A DNA stretch of 64,000 nt from sequence record NZ_CP019224.1; one strand, written 5' to 3'. The notes beneath the pieces are model-generated. The model searched no databases. It had not been told where the DNA came from and saw nothing but the letters and a program-made list of their open reading frames with translations. The stretch comes from a plasmid. Both the position numbers and the translations under genes were made by a program. Positions 29,375 through 39,870 of this stretch are shown piece after piece (position 1 is the stretch's first letter; each line of letters opens with the position of its first letter).

Positions 29375-31075
29375 GTGAGTCGTGCACAAAAGGCCTGTGC
29401 GGCGGTATCGGCTGTCGCCGTGGTGGGGTTGACCGGGTTGTGGGGCGCCCCGGCTGCGGGGGCGGTGGAGCCCCCGCAGATTGATGTGGGCGCAACTCCG
29501 CCCGATGGGCCGCCGGGTCCGGATCAACCGATGCGCCAGGGCGCGTTTTGCCCGAAGGTGGGCACGCTGCCGGGTACGGACTATCGGGTGCAGCCGCATT
29601 ACATGGACATGCTGGATTTGGCTGAGGCGTGGCGGTTTGGGCGCGGGGCGGGGCAGAAGGTGGCTGTGATCGACACCGGCGTCACCCCGCATCCGCGGCT
29701 GACCGACCTTGTCGGTGGCGGCGACTATGTGATGCCCGGCGATGGCTTGTCCGACTGTGATGCTCACGGGATGATCGTGGCCTCACTGATCGCGGCCCAG
29801 CCCGCCGATGGCAAGACGCCGCTGCCCCCGCCGCGCCAGGCCCGCCGTCCTGAGACAGTGCCCACCACCGAGGCGCCGCCGCCCCCGCCGCCACCGCAGA
29901 CCGTGACGGTGCAGCTGCCGCCCCCGCCTCCGCCTCCACCCCCAGACGGGGCGAGCTGGCATCCTCGCGCGACTCCCACGGTGGTGGTGCCCGCCGGTCA
30001 CCCGAAACTATCCCCGCAGAGTCCCGCGCCTGGTCCTGATGATCCGGTGCCACCCGCGCCGCCTGGCCCGCCGGAGCCCCCGCCGCCGCCGGCGCCGGCT
30101 GCGGACGGGTTTTCTGGTGTGGCCCCTGATGTGCAGGTCATCTCCATCCGGCAAAGCTCAAAAGCGTTCTCTCCCAAGGACGCTTTCGCAGGCAACCAAG
30201 ACCCGGCGACCCGGCGCAAGGCGGGCGATATCCGCACGATGGCTCGTGCGATCGTGCATGCGGCCAACATGGGTGCCACGGTGATCAACATTTCGGAGGT
30301 GTCGTGTATGAGCGCGACCGACATGATTGATCAGCGCGACTTGGGCGCGGCGATTCACTACGCGGCCGTGGACCGCAACGCGGTGATCGTGGCCGCGGCC
30401 GGCAATGTCGGCAACGAAAGCGCTGCCATGGGCAACGACTGTAAACAGAATCCGATCTATAACCCGTTGAATCCCAACGATCCTCGCGATTGGGCGGGAG
30501 TGACCACGGTCGTTACTCCGGCGTGGTTTTCCGACTATGTGCTCACCGTCGGCGAGGTGGATGCCACCGGCGCTCCGCTGGACGGCAGCGTGGCCGGACC
30601 CTGGGTGTCGATCGCGGCGCCAGGCACTGACATCGAAAGCCTCTCACCGCGCGATGACGGGCTGATGAACGCGGTCGAGGGCAGCAAGAACACGCTGGTG
30701 CCGCAGTCGGGCACCTCGTTTTCGGCGGCGATCGTATCCGGCGTGGCCGCCCTGGTGCGCGCGAAGTATCCGCAGCTGACCGCCCATCAGGTGATCAACC
30801 GGCTGCTCTCAACCGCCCGGGCACCGGCGCGCGGGGTGGATAACCAGGTCGGGCACGGCATCGTCGACCCGGTAGCCGCCCTGACCTATGACCTGCCCCC
30901 CGGTGAACCTGTTGGGCCGCAACACCTGGCGGCACCCCTTGTGCTGGCCCCGCCCAAGGTGGGCCGCGACATGACCCCCGTGTGGGTAGCCGCCGCTGGT
31001 GTGGGCGGACTGGCGCTGGTGTGTTCGCTGGTGCTGGGCTCAGCAGCGCTGATGCGGCGACGAGGAGCGCGGTGA
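29375..31075 (+). CDS. mycP: mycosin MycP, subtilisin-like serine protease with C-terminal membrane anchor
   Basis: Signal peptide; catalytic triad VAVIDTGV (Asp) / DCDAHGM (His) / GTSFSAAIVSG (Ser); Pro-rich insertion; C-terminal TM. Start taken at GTG 29375 (signal peptide) rather than track ATG 29330 inside eccD. Confidence 0.9.
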   Translation: MSRAQKACAAVSAVAVVGLTGLWGAPAAGAVEPPQIDVGATPPDGPPGPDQPMRQGAFCPKVGTLPGTDYRVQPHYMDMLDLAEAWRFGRGAGQKVAVIDTGVTPHPRLTDLVGGGDYVMPGDGLSDCDAHGMIVASLIAAQPADGKTPLPPPRQARRPETVPTTEAPPPPPPPQTVTVQLPPPPPPPPPDGASWHPRATPTVVVPAGHPKLSPQSPAPGPDDPVPPAPPGPPEPPPPPAPAADGFSGVAPDVQVISIRQSSKAFSPKDAFAGNQDPATRRKAGDIRTMARAIVHAANMGATVINISEVSCMSATDMIDQRDLGAAIHYAAVDRNAVIVAAAGNVGNESAAMGNDCKQNPIYNPLNPNDPRDWAGVTTVVTPAWFSDYVLTVGEVDATGAPLDGSVAGPWVSIAAPGTDIESLSPRDDGLMNAVEGSKNTLVPQSGTSFSAAIVSGVAALVRAKYPQLTAHQVINRLLSTARAPARGVDNQVGHGIVDPVAALTYDLPPGEPVGPQHLAAPLVLAPPKVGRDMTPVWVAAAGVGGLALVCSLVLGSAALMRRRGAR

Positions 31076-32667
31076 TGAGGACGACCTTTCCGTTAAGCGT
31101 GGCGGCCGGCTGGCCGCGCCTGGTGGCGCTGTTCGTCGTCGACGTCGCATTAGTGGCCACCGGGGCGGCCGTGGCGGGCCGCCCGGGCTGGTGGGCCGGC
31201 GCCGCGCTCGCCCTTGTGGTGTCGCTGCTGGCGTTGCTGCGTTGGCGCGGTGCAGCACTGTTGACGCTGGCGTGGCGATCGGTGAGCAAACGGCACGTAG
31301 CTGATCTGCCGGGCGGTGAGCTGGCCGACTACGAGCGCCACTTCGGCTCAGGGCGGGTCGGAATCCGTGCTGTGGGGCCACATTTGGTAGCGGTGGTGGC
31401 CGTCGATGGGCCACCACACAGTCCCTCGGCGCTCGATTATTCCCGGGTCGAGTCGATGACGAAGCTGCCGCTTGAGGCGGTGGCCGCCGGGCTGGAGCAG
31501 TTCGATGTCACCTTAGAAGGCATCGACATCGTCAGCGCGGGGGTGCGCCGGGCATCCAAAAGCCACCACCCGTATGCCCCGGTGTATTCAGGGGCGGTGG
31601 GTGATCATCCCGCGGTCGGGCAGCGCCGCACCTGGCTGGTCGTGCGCCTGGACGCGCTGGCCAGTGCGCGGGCGATCGTGTGGCGCGAGTCGGTGGCGGC
31701 CACGATGAGCGCGGCCGCCGAATGGCTGGCCGCAGAACTGACCAGCCTGCGTATCCCGGCGCGGGTGTTGACCGCGGCCCAGATCCGCTCGGCCGATGAG
31801 GCGCTGCTGGCCGGGATCGACCCGAACGGATTGACGCCAGGGTGGAGCCGGCTGCGTCACGCCGGCGGTTACGTGCAGACCTATTGGATGTCGCCACGCG
31901 ACATTTCGAGCACCACGATTGACCGGCTGTGGGCGCCGGAGACCGCTGCCACGGTGGTGTCGATCCAGGTGCGCCGCGCCGATACCGGCGCTACGGCCGT
32001 GGGGGTGATGGTGCGCTATCACAGCGGCGGGCCGCTGGCTGAGCCGCCGCTGACCGGGCTGAACCCGTTTGTGGGTCGTCATGACGCCGGGCTGCGGGCC
32101 GGGCTGTTGAGCGCGGGCAATGGCGGGCTGGCGGTGCCGGCGCGCGAACTGGCGGCCAACGAAAAGGTGGCGGTACCGATCGGCGCGACGGGCATCATCG
32201 TTGGCACGCTTCCCAGCGGTCACCCGCTGCTGGTCGACCTCAGTGATCCGACCGAGCTGGCCACCGTGACAATCTGCGGCGAGTTCGCCTTGCTGGTGCA
32301 GGTGTCGTTGCGTGCGGCCGCAACCGGGTACCAGGTGCTGGTCTGCACGCAGCGGCCCGGGCGGTGGCGCCAGGTCATTGCGGCCGGGTTGCAGGTGATC
32401 GACACCGCCGGGCTGGTCGAGCAGTTGCCGGCCTCGCAGTACCCGTATGTGATCGTCTACGACGAGGTGGCGGGCTCGGTGCCCGCGGGGGCGGCCGTCA
32501 CGGTGCGCACCGTGGACAAACGGTCGGCCAGCGGCGCTGACATCCATATCGAACAGGAAGGCCCGGGTGCGGCGGTGATCCGCACGTGGGCGTTTCAGCA
32601 TCGGCTCCGGATCAACCTCGATTATGAGCGCCGCTTGCTCGAGGGCGGCCCCCGGCGGGCCGCCTAA
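31075..32667 (+). CDS. eccE: EccE membrane component
   Basis: Start ATG overlapping the mycP stop (TGATGA). Two N-terminal TMs (WPRLVALFVVDVALVATG...) aligning with the EccE5 N-terminus from memory. Confidence 0.85.
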   Translation: MRTTFPLSVAAGWPRLVALFVVDVALVATGAAVAGRPGWWAGAALALVVSLLALLRWRGAALLTLAWRSVSKRHVADLPGGELADYERHFGSGRVGIRAVGPHLVAVVAVDGPPHSPSALDYSRVESMTKLPLEAVAAGLEQFDVTLEGIDIVSAGVRRASKSHHPYAPVYSGAVGDHPAVGQRRTWLVVRLDALASARAIVWRESVAATMSAAAEWLAAELTSLRIPARVLTAAQIRSADEALLAGIDPNGLTPGWSRLRHAGGYVQTYWMSPRDISSTTIDRLWAPETAATVVSIQVRRADTGATAVGVMVRYHSGGPLAEPPLTGLNPFVGRHDAGLRAGLLSAGNGGLAVPARELAANEKVAVPIGATGIIVGTLPSGHPLLVDLSDPTELATVTICGEFALLVQVSLRAAATGYQVLVCTQRPGRWRQVIAAGLQVIDTAGLVEQLPASQYPYVIVYDEVAGSVPAGAAVTVRTVDKRSASGADIHIEQEGPGAAVIRTWAFQHRLRINLDYERRLLEGGPRRAA

Positions 32668-32689
32668 CCGGTTAGATTCGTAGCTGATC

Positions 32690-34522
32690 ATGACAGGTAT
32701 TGAGGCAGAATCCCCGGCTCGCAGCGCCTTTCGCCGCGGCCTGTTGGCATCGGGCATCGGCGTGGACGGTCTGGTGCCCAGCCATAACCGGCAGGTGGCC
32801 GCCGACATGTTCCGCACGGTCACCCAGGCCGACCCGGGCGTATGTGACGGCTGGATGGGCCGGGTGCTCGCCGGTGAAGACAGCGTGGAAGTACTGGCCG
32901 GAGGCTGGGCAGCCGCAGAAACCTTCGGCCGGGAGATCCGCCGGCTAGGGGTGCTGGGCGCAGACTTTCGCCCGCTGGTGTTCGACGGCCTGTTTTTGCA
33001 GTTGCCGATCGGCTCAGTGGATGCCCTGCGTTGCGCATACGCGACCGTGTTGATCCGGGAAGCCAACTACAGCCAAGCCCACGAGCTGCTGAGCTCGGCG
33101 ACCAAGCCGACCGATCCGTTTGACGCCGACATGCACACCTACGCCTGCGGGCTGTTGCATTTCCGCACCCAACGCTGGAGCGATGTGTTGGGCCTGTTCC
33201 CGATCGACAAACGTTGGTATCGGCCCGAATACGAATGCGCGGCCACCGCGATGGCCACCACAGCGCTAGCGTCGCTGGGGGTATTCGAGGATGCGTTTCG
33301 CCGCGGCGACAAAGCTGCCCGCGATGACCGCGTACCACCGGCGGCCACGGTGATCCTCTACACCCAAGCGATGTGTCTTCGTCACTTGGGCCGCGAGGAC
33401 GAGGCCGCCCAACTGCTGCGCCGCGTCTATTCCCGCGACCCGAAATTCGCCCCCGCCCGTGAAGCGATGGACGACCCGAGCCGGCGCCTGGTGCTCACCG
33501 ACCCAGAAACCATCGAGGCCCGCACCGACCCGTGGGACCCCGCGAGCGCCCCGAGCCGACTAGAGGCCGAAACGGCCCGCGACGCCGAAAAGGCCTCGCA
33601 GTATCTGGCCGAGGGGCAAGCCGAGCTGGACGCCATGCTGGGCATGGAGACGGCCAAACGAGAAATCAAACGCATCCGCTCGACCACGAAGGTCAACCTG
33701 GCCCGCACCAAGGTCGGGTTGCGGGTGCCGGTCACCTCTCGACACACCCTGCTGCTGGGCCCGCCCGGAACCGGAAAGACCTCTGTGGCACGGGCTTTCA
33801 CCAAGCAGCTGTGCGGGCTGAAGGTGCTGCGCAAACCGCTGGTGGTGGAGACCAGCCGCGCCAAACTGCTGGGCCGCTACATGGCTGATGCGGAAAAGAA
33901 CACCGAAGAGATGCTCGAAGAAGCCCTCGGTGGGGCGGTGTTCTTCGACGAGATGCACACCCTGCATGAACGCGGCTACTCCACCGGCGACCCCTACGGC
34001 AACGCGATCATCAACACACTGCTGCTGTATATGGAGAATCACCGCGACGAACTGGTGGTGTTCGGGGCAGGCTACGCCAAAGCCACCGAGCGAATGCTAG
34101 AGGTGAATCAAGGTCTGCGACGACGGTTTTCGACCGTGATCGAGTTCCACAGCTACACCCCGCCAGAGTTGATCGAACTGACCAAGCTGATGGCGGCTGA
34201 AGATGAGGACGTGACCACCGATGAGGCCGTTGAAGTCCTGCGCCCAGACTTCGAGAAGTTCTATGCCGATGAAAGTCTCACCGCTGAAGGCGATTTGATC
34301 CGCGGCATAGACGTATTGGGCAACGCCGGGTTTGTGCGCAACGTGGTGGAAAAGGCCCGCGATCACCGCAACGACCGCCTGGATACCACCGAGCTTGATG
34401 AGCTGCTGGCCAGCGACGACGTCGAAGTCACCGACGCGCAGCTGCAGCGCCTGCGGGAGCTCACCCGCGAAGACTTGGCCGAAGGACTGCGGGCGGCGGT
34501 CTCCGAAAAGCGTTCAGAATAG
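32690..34522 (+). CDS. eccA: EccA cytosolic AAA+ ATPase (CbxX/CfxQ family) with TPR N-terminus
   Basis: 610 aa; Walker A LLLGPPGTGKTSVARAF, Walker B VFFDEMH; N-terminal TPR-like repeats. Confidence 0.9.
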   Translation: MTGIEAESPARSAFRRGLLASGIGVDGLVPSHNRQVAADMFRTVTQADPGVCDGWMGRVLAGEDSVEVLAGGWAAAETFGREIRRLGVLGADFRPLVFDGLFLQLPIGSVDALRCAYATVLIREANYSQAHELLSSATKPTDPFDADMHTYACGLLHFRTQRWSDVLGLFPIDKRWYRPEYECAATAMATTALASLGVFEDAFRRGDKAARDDRVPPAATVILYTQAMCLRHLGREDEAAQLLRRVYSRDPKFAPAREAMDDPSRRLVLTDPETIEARTDPWDPASAPSRLEAETARDAEKASQYLAEGQAELDAMLGMETAKREIKRIRSTTKVNLARTKVGLRVPVTSRHTLLLGPPGTGKTSVARAFTKQLCGLKVLRKPLVVETSRAKLLGRYMADAEKNTEEMLEEALGGAVFFDEMHTLHERGYSTGDPYGNAIINTLLLYMENHRDELVVFGAGYAKATERMLEVNQGLRRRFSTVIEFHSYTPPELIELTKLMAAEDEDVTTDEAVEVLRPDFEKFYADESLTAEGDLIRGIDVLGNAGFVRNVVEKARDHRNDRLDTTELDELLASDDVEVTDAQLQRLRELTREDLAEGLRAAVSEKRSE

Positions 34523-34529
34523 GCAAGTT

Positions 34530-34856
34530 ATGAACGATTCAGACCAGATGATGGCGCTGTTCGTGGCGATCCTCGTGATGATCGGGCTGCTTTACCTGCT
34601 TTGCCGCCTTATCTATGTCATCGTCGACGAGGCATGGGTAGCCAAGAATGCACGCGAGCAACAGCGCGTACAAGAAATCCGCTCAGCTCAACAGCGCAGC
34701 GACCTGCTGGCCGAGCTGCGCGAATTCGGCCTGAGCGAAGAAGACCTTGATCTGCCTCACGAAGAGATCGCTGCCAGGGTCACCTACGCCGCCGGGCTGC
34801 ACCGCCAAGCCGCCGAAGGACTCGGGCGGGCGGGCAGGGTCGCTGCGGCCAGTTGA
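34530..34856 (+). CDS. small single-TM membrane protein
   Basis: 108 aa; MNDSDQMMALFVAILVMIGLLYLLCRLIYVIV TM then a charged tail. Start chosen just after the eccA stop. Confidence 0.4.
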   Translation: MNDSDQMMALFVAILVMIGLLYLLCRLIYVIVDEAWVAKNAREQQRVQEIRSAQQRSDLLAELREFGLSEEDLDLPHEEIAARVTYAAGLHRQAAEGLGRAGRVAAAS

Positions 34857-34929
34857 TCCACATCAACCCAGGGCAGCAGTGCTCGTCTGCTCGTTGCGCT
34901 ACGGTGAAACGGCTTTACACTCCACCGAT

Positions 34930-35151
34930 ATGGACTATGTGGAGCAAGCTGGAATGATTCTGTATGCGCTTAAGAAGATTCTCCAGGAGCGCCAAAAACT
35001 ACGGGGTGTGAGCTCCCCGACCGAGGATGAGTGGCGGGCGATCAACGGGGCGATCGCGGCCACCGGATTCAAGGTCGACGAGCCGTGGTCGTCGGCGGGT
35101 ATGGGCGAGTGGCAAGCCACGCTCGAGCACGCGCTCACCGCCTCATACTAG
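34930..35151 (+). CDS. small hypothetical protein
   Basis: 73-aa frame with balanced composition; weak evidence. Confidence 0.25.
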   Translation: MDYVEQAGMILYALKKILQERQKLRGVSSPTEDEWRAINGAIAATGFKVDEPWSSAGMGEWQATLEHALTASY

Positions 35152-35184
35152 ATCGGCTGCGCCACAAGCGCTTTCGGTCTCTCG

Positions 35185-37254
35185 TCAATGTGTGGGACGG
35201 CCCTTGACAGGGGTGCTGTCCTCGTCGACGTCGACTCTGTCGGGCTGTGGGCGCGTACTGGGGCGCTGCGGCTGGTGTGGCGGAGAGGCTGGGTTGGCGC
35301 GCTGGTGCGTGGGGCGCTCGGGGCTGCCGCCCCGGCCGGGGGCTGGGGTTGGCGCTGGTTGGGCGCCGGCAGGCGCGGCGGGACCACCTTGGGGCGAAGA
35401 GTTGGGGGCGCCGGCCGGGGGGTTGGGTTGCTGTGCGCCAGTAGAGCTGTGGTCGCGGTGGCGGCGCTGAGCGACGTGACCGGCGACGGCGGCCGCAGCG
35501 ACGGCTTCGGGTGCCACGACGGCGGTGGCGGCCTCACCGGCCATCATGGCACCATCGGCGGCGGCCGCAGTCCCGCCGGCGGTGGAGGAGGCCGCCACGT
35601 CAGCGGCGGGGGCCTGTGGTGCTGGGGTTTGTTGAGAGGCGCGCCCGGGTGAGGGTGGGCGTCCGCCGGGGGGGCGGCCGTTGACTGGGGGGCCGGTGAG
35701 GGGCTGGTCGGGCTCGTCGGGGGTATCGGAGGAGTCGTCGTCGGGTTTTTTGGCCCATGGTGCGCGCGAGTTGAGGTCTTTGGCTCGGTCGTAGGCGTCT
35801 TGTCCGCGTTGGTATCCTTCGCGGCCGCGGTGGACGAGTTCACTGATGGTGTGGGTGAAATCTTGGCGGGTGTGATCGCCGAGTTCGCGTTTGAGCCACC
35901 AGAACACGCCGATGGCGACGGCGGAGATGATGGCGATCATGAATAGCCGCGCGAGTGGGTGGGTCATGCCGACCTGGTCGGCGTAGCCGCCGCGGGCGCC
36001 CATTTTGAGCACGATCATGGCCGCGATGGAGATGTAGGTGGTGTAGGCGAATACCAGGGCGGCGTGTTTGAAGAACATGGTGATGCGCCGCGCGGCGCGC
36101 CGGCGCGGGTGGCCGTGGATCATGGCGGGTGCGGCGGCCACGATGGACATCAGGGCGTTGACGAAGGCCGCGCAGCATACCATGACGTAGCTGTAGGTGA
36201 CGTAGCAGACGAAGAACGCGAAGACTGCGCCCAGGAGGCCGTAGCAGGCGCCCAGGGCGAGGTTGGCGCCGCTGAGGTGTTGGGCGAAGGACAGGGCTTG
36301 GGGTGCGCCGCAGGAGGCCATGGCGTGGGCGGGTGCTGCGAGGTCGCCGGCGTTGGGTGGGGTGAGCATGGCGGCGGTGTAGGCGCCACCGCAGGTGCCG
36401 ATGTTATCGACGGTGGTGCCGAAGTTCATCAGCTGTAACGGCATTCGCAAGGTGGTGTCGGCGATGAGGCCGGTGAGGTGTTGGAGCTGGGCCTGGCCGC
36501 CGCCGCTAGTGATGGTGCCGTTGGCGAAGGCTGCTTGGGAGATGCTGAAGCCGAGGTTGCGTCCTTGGGTCAGTAGCCCGTTTTCGCTGTAGAGGTCGGA
36601 CAGCGGGTCGCGGGTGAGCACGATGCCCAGGATGCCAACGGCGATGGTGGACACCATGATTCCGGCGCCGAAGCCTTTGCGACCATGCCACAGGATGTGG
36701 AAGGCGCCGACTGAGACACCGAGCAGTAGGCAGATGGGGAAGACCCACAGGTCGGCAAGGATCACCCGGATTGTCTCGAAGACCGGCCGAAACCAGGTGG
36801 CCAGCCACACCAGCCACGTGTTGGACATGGCGAACCGCAGCAGCCACAGCGACATGGCGATCATGAAGATGTAGATGCCGGCTTGGGCTTGCAGCAGTTC
36901 GATCACGCCTTCATGGGTCATGCCGGTGGTGACGGCGTTGGCCAGCCAGCGGGCCCAGCTCGACGGGTCCCAGCTGAGGCCAGGTCCTGCTTTGGTGATG
37001 GCTTCGGTGGTGCTGACCACGGACAGGTAGTAGTTGCCCACGGGGACGCCGTGGCTGTCGGTGACCCCGGTCCAGTTCAGTGCACCGGCCAGGGTGGAGG
37101 CGGCCGCGGGCGGGGCGGCTCCGATCGCGGCGGCGGCCAGGGTGTGGGTGATGAACCAGAAGGTGGTGACGCGCCGCAGGCGTGGGCGGGTGGCCATCTG
37201 GTAGCCGAGGTATTCGGCGGCGCGCTGGCCGAATGTTGTTGGCGGGGTGGTCAT
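35185..37254 (-). CDS. polytopic membrane protein with Pro/Ala-rich C-terminal tail; candidate VirB6/TrbL-like conjugation channel subunit
   Basis: 689 aa with 8 or more hydrophobic segments. ATGA overlap with the upstream VirB4-like gene, so last gene of the minus-strand operon. VirB6 assignment is by architecture only. Confidence 0.55.
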   Translation of the reverse strand: MTTPPTTFGQRAAEYLGYQMATRPRLRRVTTFWFITHTLAAAAIGAAPPAAASTLAGALNWTGVTDSHGVPVGNYYLSVVSTTEAITKAGPGLSWDPSSWARWLANAVTTGMTHEGVIELLQAQAGIYIFMIAMSLWLLRFAMSNTWLVWLATWFRPVFETIRVILADLWVFPICLLLGVSVGAFHILWHGRKGFGAGIMVSTIAVGILGIVLTRDPLSDLYSENGLLTQGRNLGFSISQAAFANGTITSGGGQAQLQHLTGLIADTTLRMPLQLMNFGTTVDNIGTCGGAYTAAMLTPPNAGDLAAPAHAMASCGAPQALSFAQHLSGANLALGACYGLLGAVFAFFVCYVTYSYVMVCCAAFVNALMSIVAAAPAMIHGHPRRRAARRITMFFKHAALVFAYTTYISIAAMIVLKMGARGGYADQVGMTHPLARLFMIAIISAVAIGVFWWLKRELGDHTRQDFTHTISELVHRGREGYQRGQDAYDRAKDLNSRAPWAKKPDDDSSDTPDEPDQPLTGPPVNGRPPGGRPPSPGRASQQTPAPQAPAADVAASSTAGGTAAAADGAMMAGEAATAVVAPEAVAAAAVAGHVAQRRHRDHSSTGAQQPNPPAGAPNSSPQGGPAAPAGAQPAPTPAPGRGGSPERPTHQRANPASPPHQPQRPSTRPQPDRVDVDEDSTPVKGRPTH

Positions 37255-38690
37255 GCCGCGCGCCCGGGGGTGGTGTCGTAGGCGTCGTGCACGGCGGCGT
37301 CGGGTTCGGTGGCTACCCAGATGGGCGATTTGCGGCGGAACTCGTCGACGAAGAATCCGTAGCCTTGCCGCGCGCCGCGGTTGGGGCCGGCGGCGGAGTC
37401 AACCTCGTCGAAGGCGGTGGGGTCGCGCATCTCATCCGGGGAGGGCTGAGCGAGGAAGAATTCTTCGATGTCGGGGTAGTCGTCGAGGCGGATGCCGACT
37501 TTGGCGGCGACTTGGCGTGCCAGGTCTTCGTTTTCAAACGGCATGATCAGTTGCTGGGTGATGAACTCATCACCCATGAGCGCGAGGTCTTTGATGGGAT
37601 TTTGGGTGATGATCAACAACCCTGTGTAGTGCTTGCGAGCTTGGCGGCTGATCAGGTGTGCGTCGTCGGCGCCGGCGCGGGAGTTGAGCAGGGCGGAGGC
37701 TTCTTCGAGGACGATGAGCCCAAACCGGGTGGGATCGGCGAAAAATGTCACTCTGGCTAGTCTCACGAGCATGCCGTAGATGGCCACGGAGGCACGTTTG
37801 CGGTCGGAGAGCTGTTCGTAGAGGTGCGGGGTGTTCATCTCTTTGGCGGTGGGCAGGTCGAGGCTGCCGGTGAGCCAGATCGTGACGTCGAGTCTGGCCA
37901 GGTCGGGCACGGGCAGCGTGTCGTCGAAGATGGCTCGGGTGAAGGCGTGGCTGGCCCACGATTGCAGGGCGGCAAGGATGGGGGCGAGGTCGTCGGCGAG
38001 TCTGACGACTTGCGGGGCGCGATTGTCGGGCCCAGTCGAGGGGGCCTGGATGTGGCTGATGTATTTCATGAGCGCTGCGGTGCTGGTGATGTCGAGCGCG
38101 GCAGCGACGTCGGCCTGCAGGATGGCGCGTAGGCGGCGCACTCCAACGCTGCGCGCATCCAGGCTCATCATGGGAACCATGTAGTCCAGCCAGTAGCCGC
38201 CGGCGACGTCGGCGGGGAAGACACGCAGCGGGTCGCAGCTGAACTGGTTGCCGGCCATGTCGATGACGGCTTTGTTGTCGACATCGGCGAGGGCTTTTTC
38301 CCACTCGGTGCCGGGGTCGACGATGAATGCTTGTGCGCCGCGTTGGATTTCGCCGCGGGTGATGCGTTTGGCGGCATAGGATTTGCCGTAGCCCAGCGCG
38401 CCGCTGCACACCAGGCAGGGGTTGCGGTTGCGACGCGCGGCGGCGGGCAGGTCGAGCAGCACGGCGCTGTTGAGGGCGTTGTTTCTGTTGAATCCCAGTA
38501 GGATTCCGGTGCTGTTGCCGACCATGGATGAGGTGAACGGCACGAAGCGTGACCACTTTTTGGTGGTGGTGGGTTGGGTGAATTGGTCGATGGTGGTTTT
38601 GTGGGCGGGGGCGGCGGGGTTGAAGGCTGCCCAGAGTTTGGTTTGGGCGCCGCGGTAGTGGCGGATGGCGATTTGGCCAGATTGGGTGAG
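37251..38690 (-). CDS. VirB4/TraC-like conjugative ATPase, C-terminal NTPase part (gene split by IS3-family insertion; 5' portion at 40267-41812)
   Basis: Walker A SGALGYGKS, IVDPGTEW, Walker B LIVLEEA, IITQNP motif. The frame continues upstream without a start codon to 38705 and reads straight into the IS left inverted repeat. Confidence 0.8.
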   Translation of the reverse strand, partial: LTQSGQIAIRHYRGAQTKLWAAFNPAAPAHKTTIDQFTQPTTTKKWSRFVPFTSSMVGNSTGILLGFNRNNALNSAVLLDLPAAARRNRNPCLVCSGALGYGKSYAAKRITRGEIQRGAQAFIVDPGTEWEKALADVDNKAVIDMAGNQFSCDPLRVFPADVAGGYWLDYMVPMMSLDARSVGVRRLRAILQADVAAALDITSTAALMKYISHIQAPSTGPDNRAPQVVRLADDLAPILAALQSWASHAFTRAIFDDTLPVPDLARLDVTIWLTGSLDLPTAKEMNTPHLYEQLSDRKRASVAIYGMLVRLARVTFFADPTRFGLIVLEEASALLNSRAGADDAHLISRQARKHYTGLLIITQNPIKDLALMGDEFITQQLIMPFENEDLARQVAAKVGIRLDDYPDIEEFFLAQPSPDEMRDPTAFDEVDSAAGPNRGARQGYGFFVDEFRRKSPIWVATEPDAAVHDAYDTTPGRAA

Positions 38691-38754
38691 TGACGTGTGT
38701 TTGAGTTAATGAGCCATTCGCGGTTGGAAATACCCAGCCAGGTCCGCGGCGTGC

Positions 38755-39870
38755 TCATCGGTTTGCTCCTGTGGTTGTGTCTCGACGGTATGCGATGCGG
38801 TTCTCGCGTGCCTGGGCGAGTCCGTCGCGGCGATTCTGGCGTATCGCGTCACCTCGTCCTTCGTGTTCGTCGTGGGGAGTCACATAGCCGATTCCGGCAT
38901 GCAACCTGATGGTGTTGTATTCCGAGCGCACCCGGTCGAGTTCGGCGTCGAGCTCACCGGGATCGCGGATGTGTTCCAGGTGCGGCCACTCGCCCTTCAC
39001 GTGGCCGAACAGGGTCTCGATCCACGCCTGATCCTGGGGGGTGTGCGGGCGGCCGAACTGCTGGGCGATCGCGACCCCGGCGAGGAACTCGCGGGTGGAG
39101 TGGCTGCGCATCTGTGGGCCGTTGTCGCTGATCGCGAGCAGCAGCGGTCGCTGCCCGTCGCCGATGGCGGCCTCGACGGTGTCGCGGTCCCCGGAGTCGA
39201 GCGCGGCGACCAGCGCCGCGGTGGCGCGGGCGTCGGCGGCCTCCCACAGGCCCTCGGTCTGCAGCGCTTCGATGAAGGCGACCTCGACCTGGGACGAGGT
39301 CTCCTCGGCCGAGACGACGGTGGCGATCCACTTGCGGCTGACGATGTCGAGGATCGCGATCGCGGCCCGTTTCGCGCGGGTGAAATGGGTGAAGTCGTAG
39401 CCCCACACCCGGTTCGGTTTCCACTCCAGCCAGTCCGGCCACGGTGTGCGCGGGATCGGCTCGCGCAGCGGATTGCCTTGCAGCGCAAGACCTTCCTCAG
39501 CCAACACCTTGCGCACCGTGGATTCGGACACCCACACCCGATGCAGGTATGAGCCGCGGTGGGCCAGCTTGCGGTGGGAGCGGTCGACCTCGCCCCACTC
39601 GGCGTGCAACGCCACGATCGCGGCCCGTTCGCACGGCAACAGCCCATGCAGCGGATGCCCACCGGGCGGCAGGTCCTCGAGCCGGTCAGCGGCGCGGCGC
39701 TCGGCCCACCGGGCCGCGCGCAGGTCGTCGACTCCCAGCGACAGGCAGGCGCGTCGGGCCGGCCAGCCCGCCTCCACGGCATGGTCGATCAAGTCGAGCA
39801 GGCCGGCCTTCACGTCAGCGTGCACCCGCGCCGGGACCGGGCCGGTCGTCAGCCCCAAGCGAGTTTTCCC
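38755..39870 (-). CDS. IS3-family transposase OrfB (DDE integrase core), expressed by -1 frameshift from orfA
   Basis: DDE residues within YDFTHF...ISDNGPQ...IETLFGHVKGE; the track ORF 38755..40347 includes out-of-frame N-terminal junk overlapping orfA. Confidence 0.8.
   Translation of the reverse strand, partial: GKTRLGLTTGPVPARVHADVKAGLLDLIDHAVEAGWPARRACLSLGVDDLRAARWAERRAADRLEDLPPGGHPLHGLLPCERAAIVALHAEWGEVDRSHRKLAHRGSYLHRVWVSESTVRKVLAEEGLALQGNPLREPIPRTPWPDWLEWKPNRVWGYDFTHFTRAKRAAIAILDIVSRKWIATVVSAEETSSQVEVAFIEALQTEGLWEAADARATAALVAALDSGDRDTVEAAIGDGQRPLLLAISDNGPQMRSHSTREFLAGVAIAQQFGRPHTPQDQAWIETLFGHVKGEWPHLEHIRDPGELDAELDRVRSEYNTIRLHAGIGYVTPHDEHEGRGDAIRQNRRDGLAQARENRIAYRRDTTTGANR

Noticed and set aside
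31588-33066. 492-aa minus-strand ORF spanning eccE/eccA
   Set aside because: Arg/Pro-rich junk composition, antisense to two strongly supported ESX genes.
38168-38758. 196-aa minus-strand ORF whose ATG overlaps the IS3 orfB stop
   Set aside because: After about 25 residues it becomes Pro/Ser/Thr low-complexity and is out of frame with the VirB4 C-terminal part. It only looks like a gene because it starts at the orfB stop inside the IS left end.
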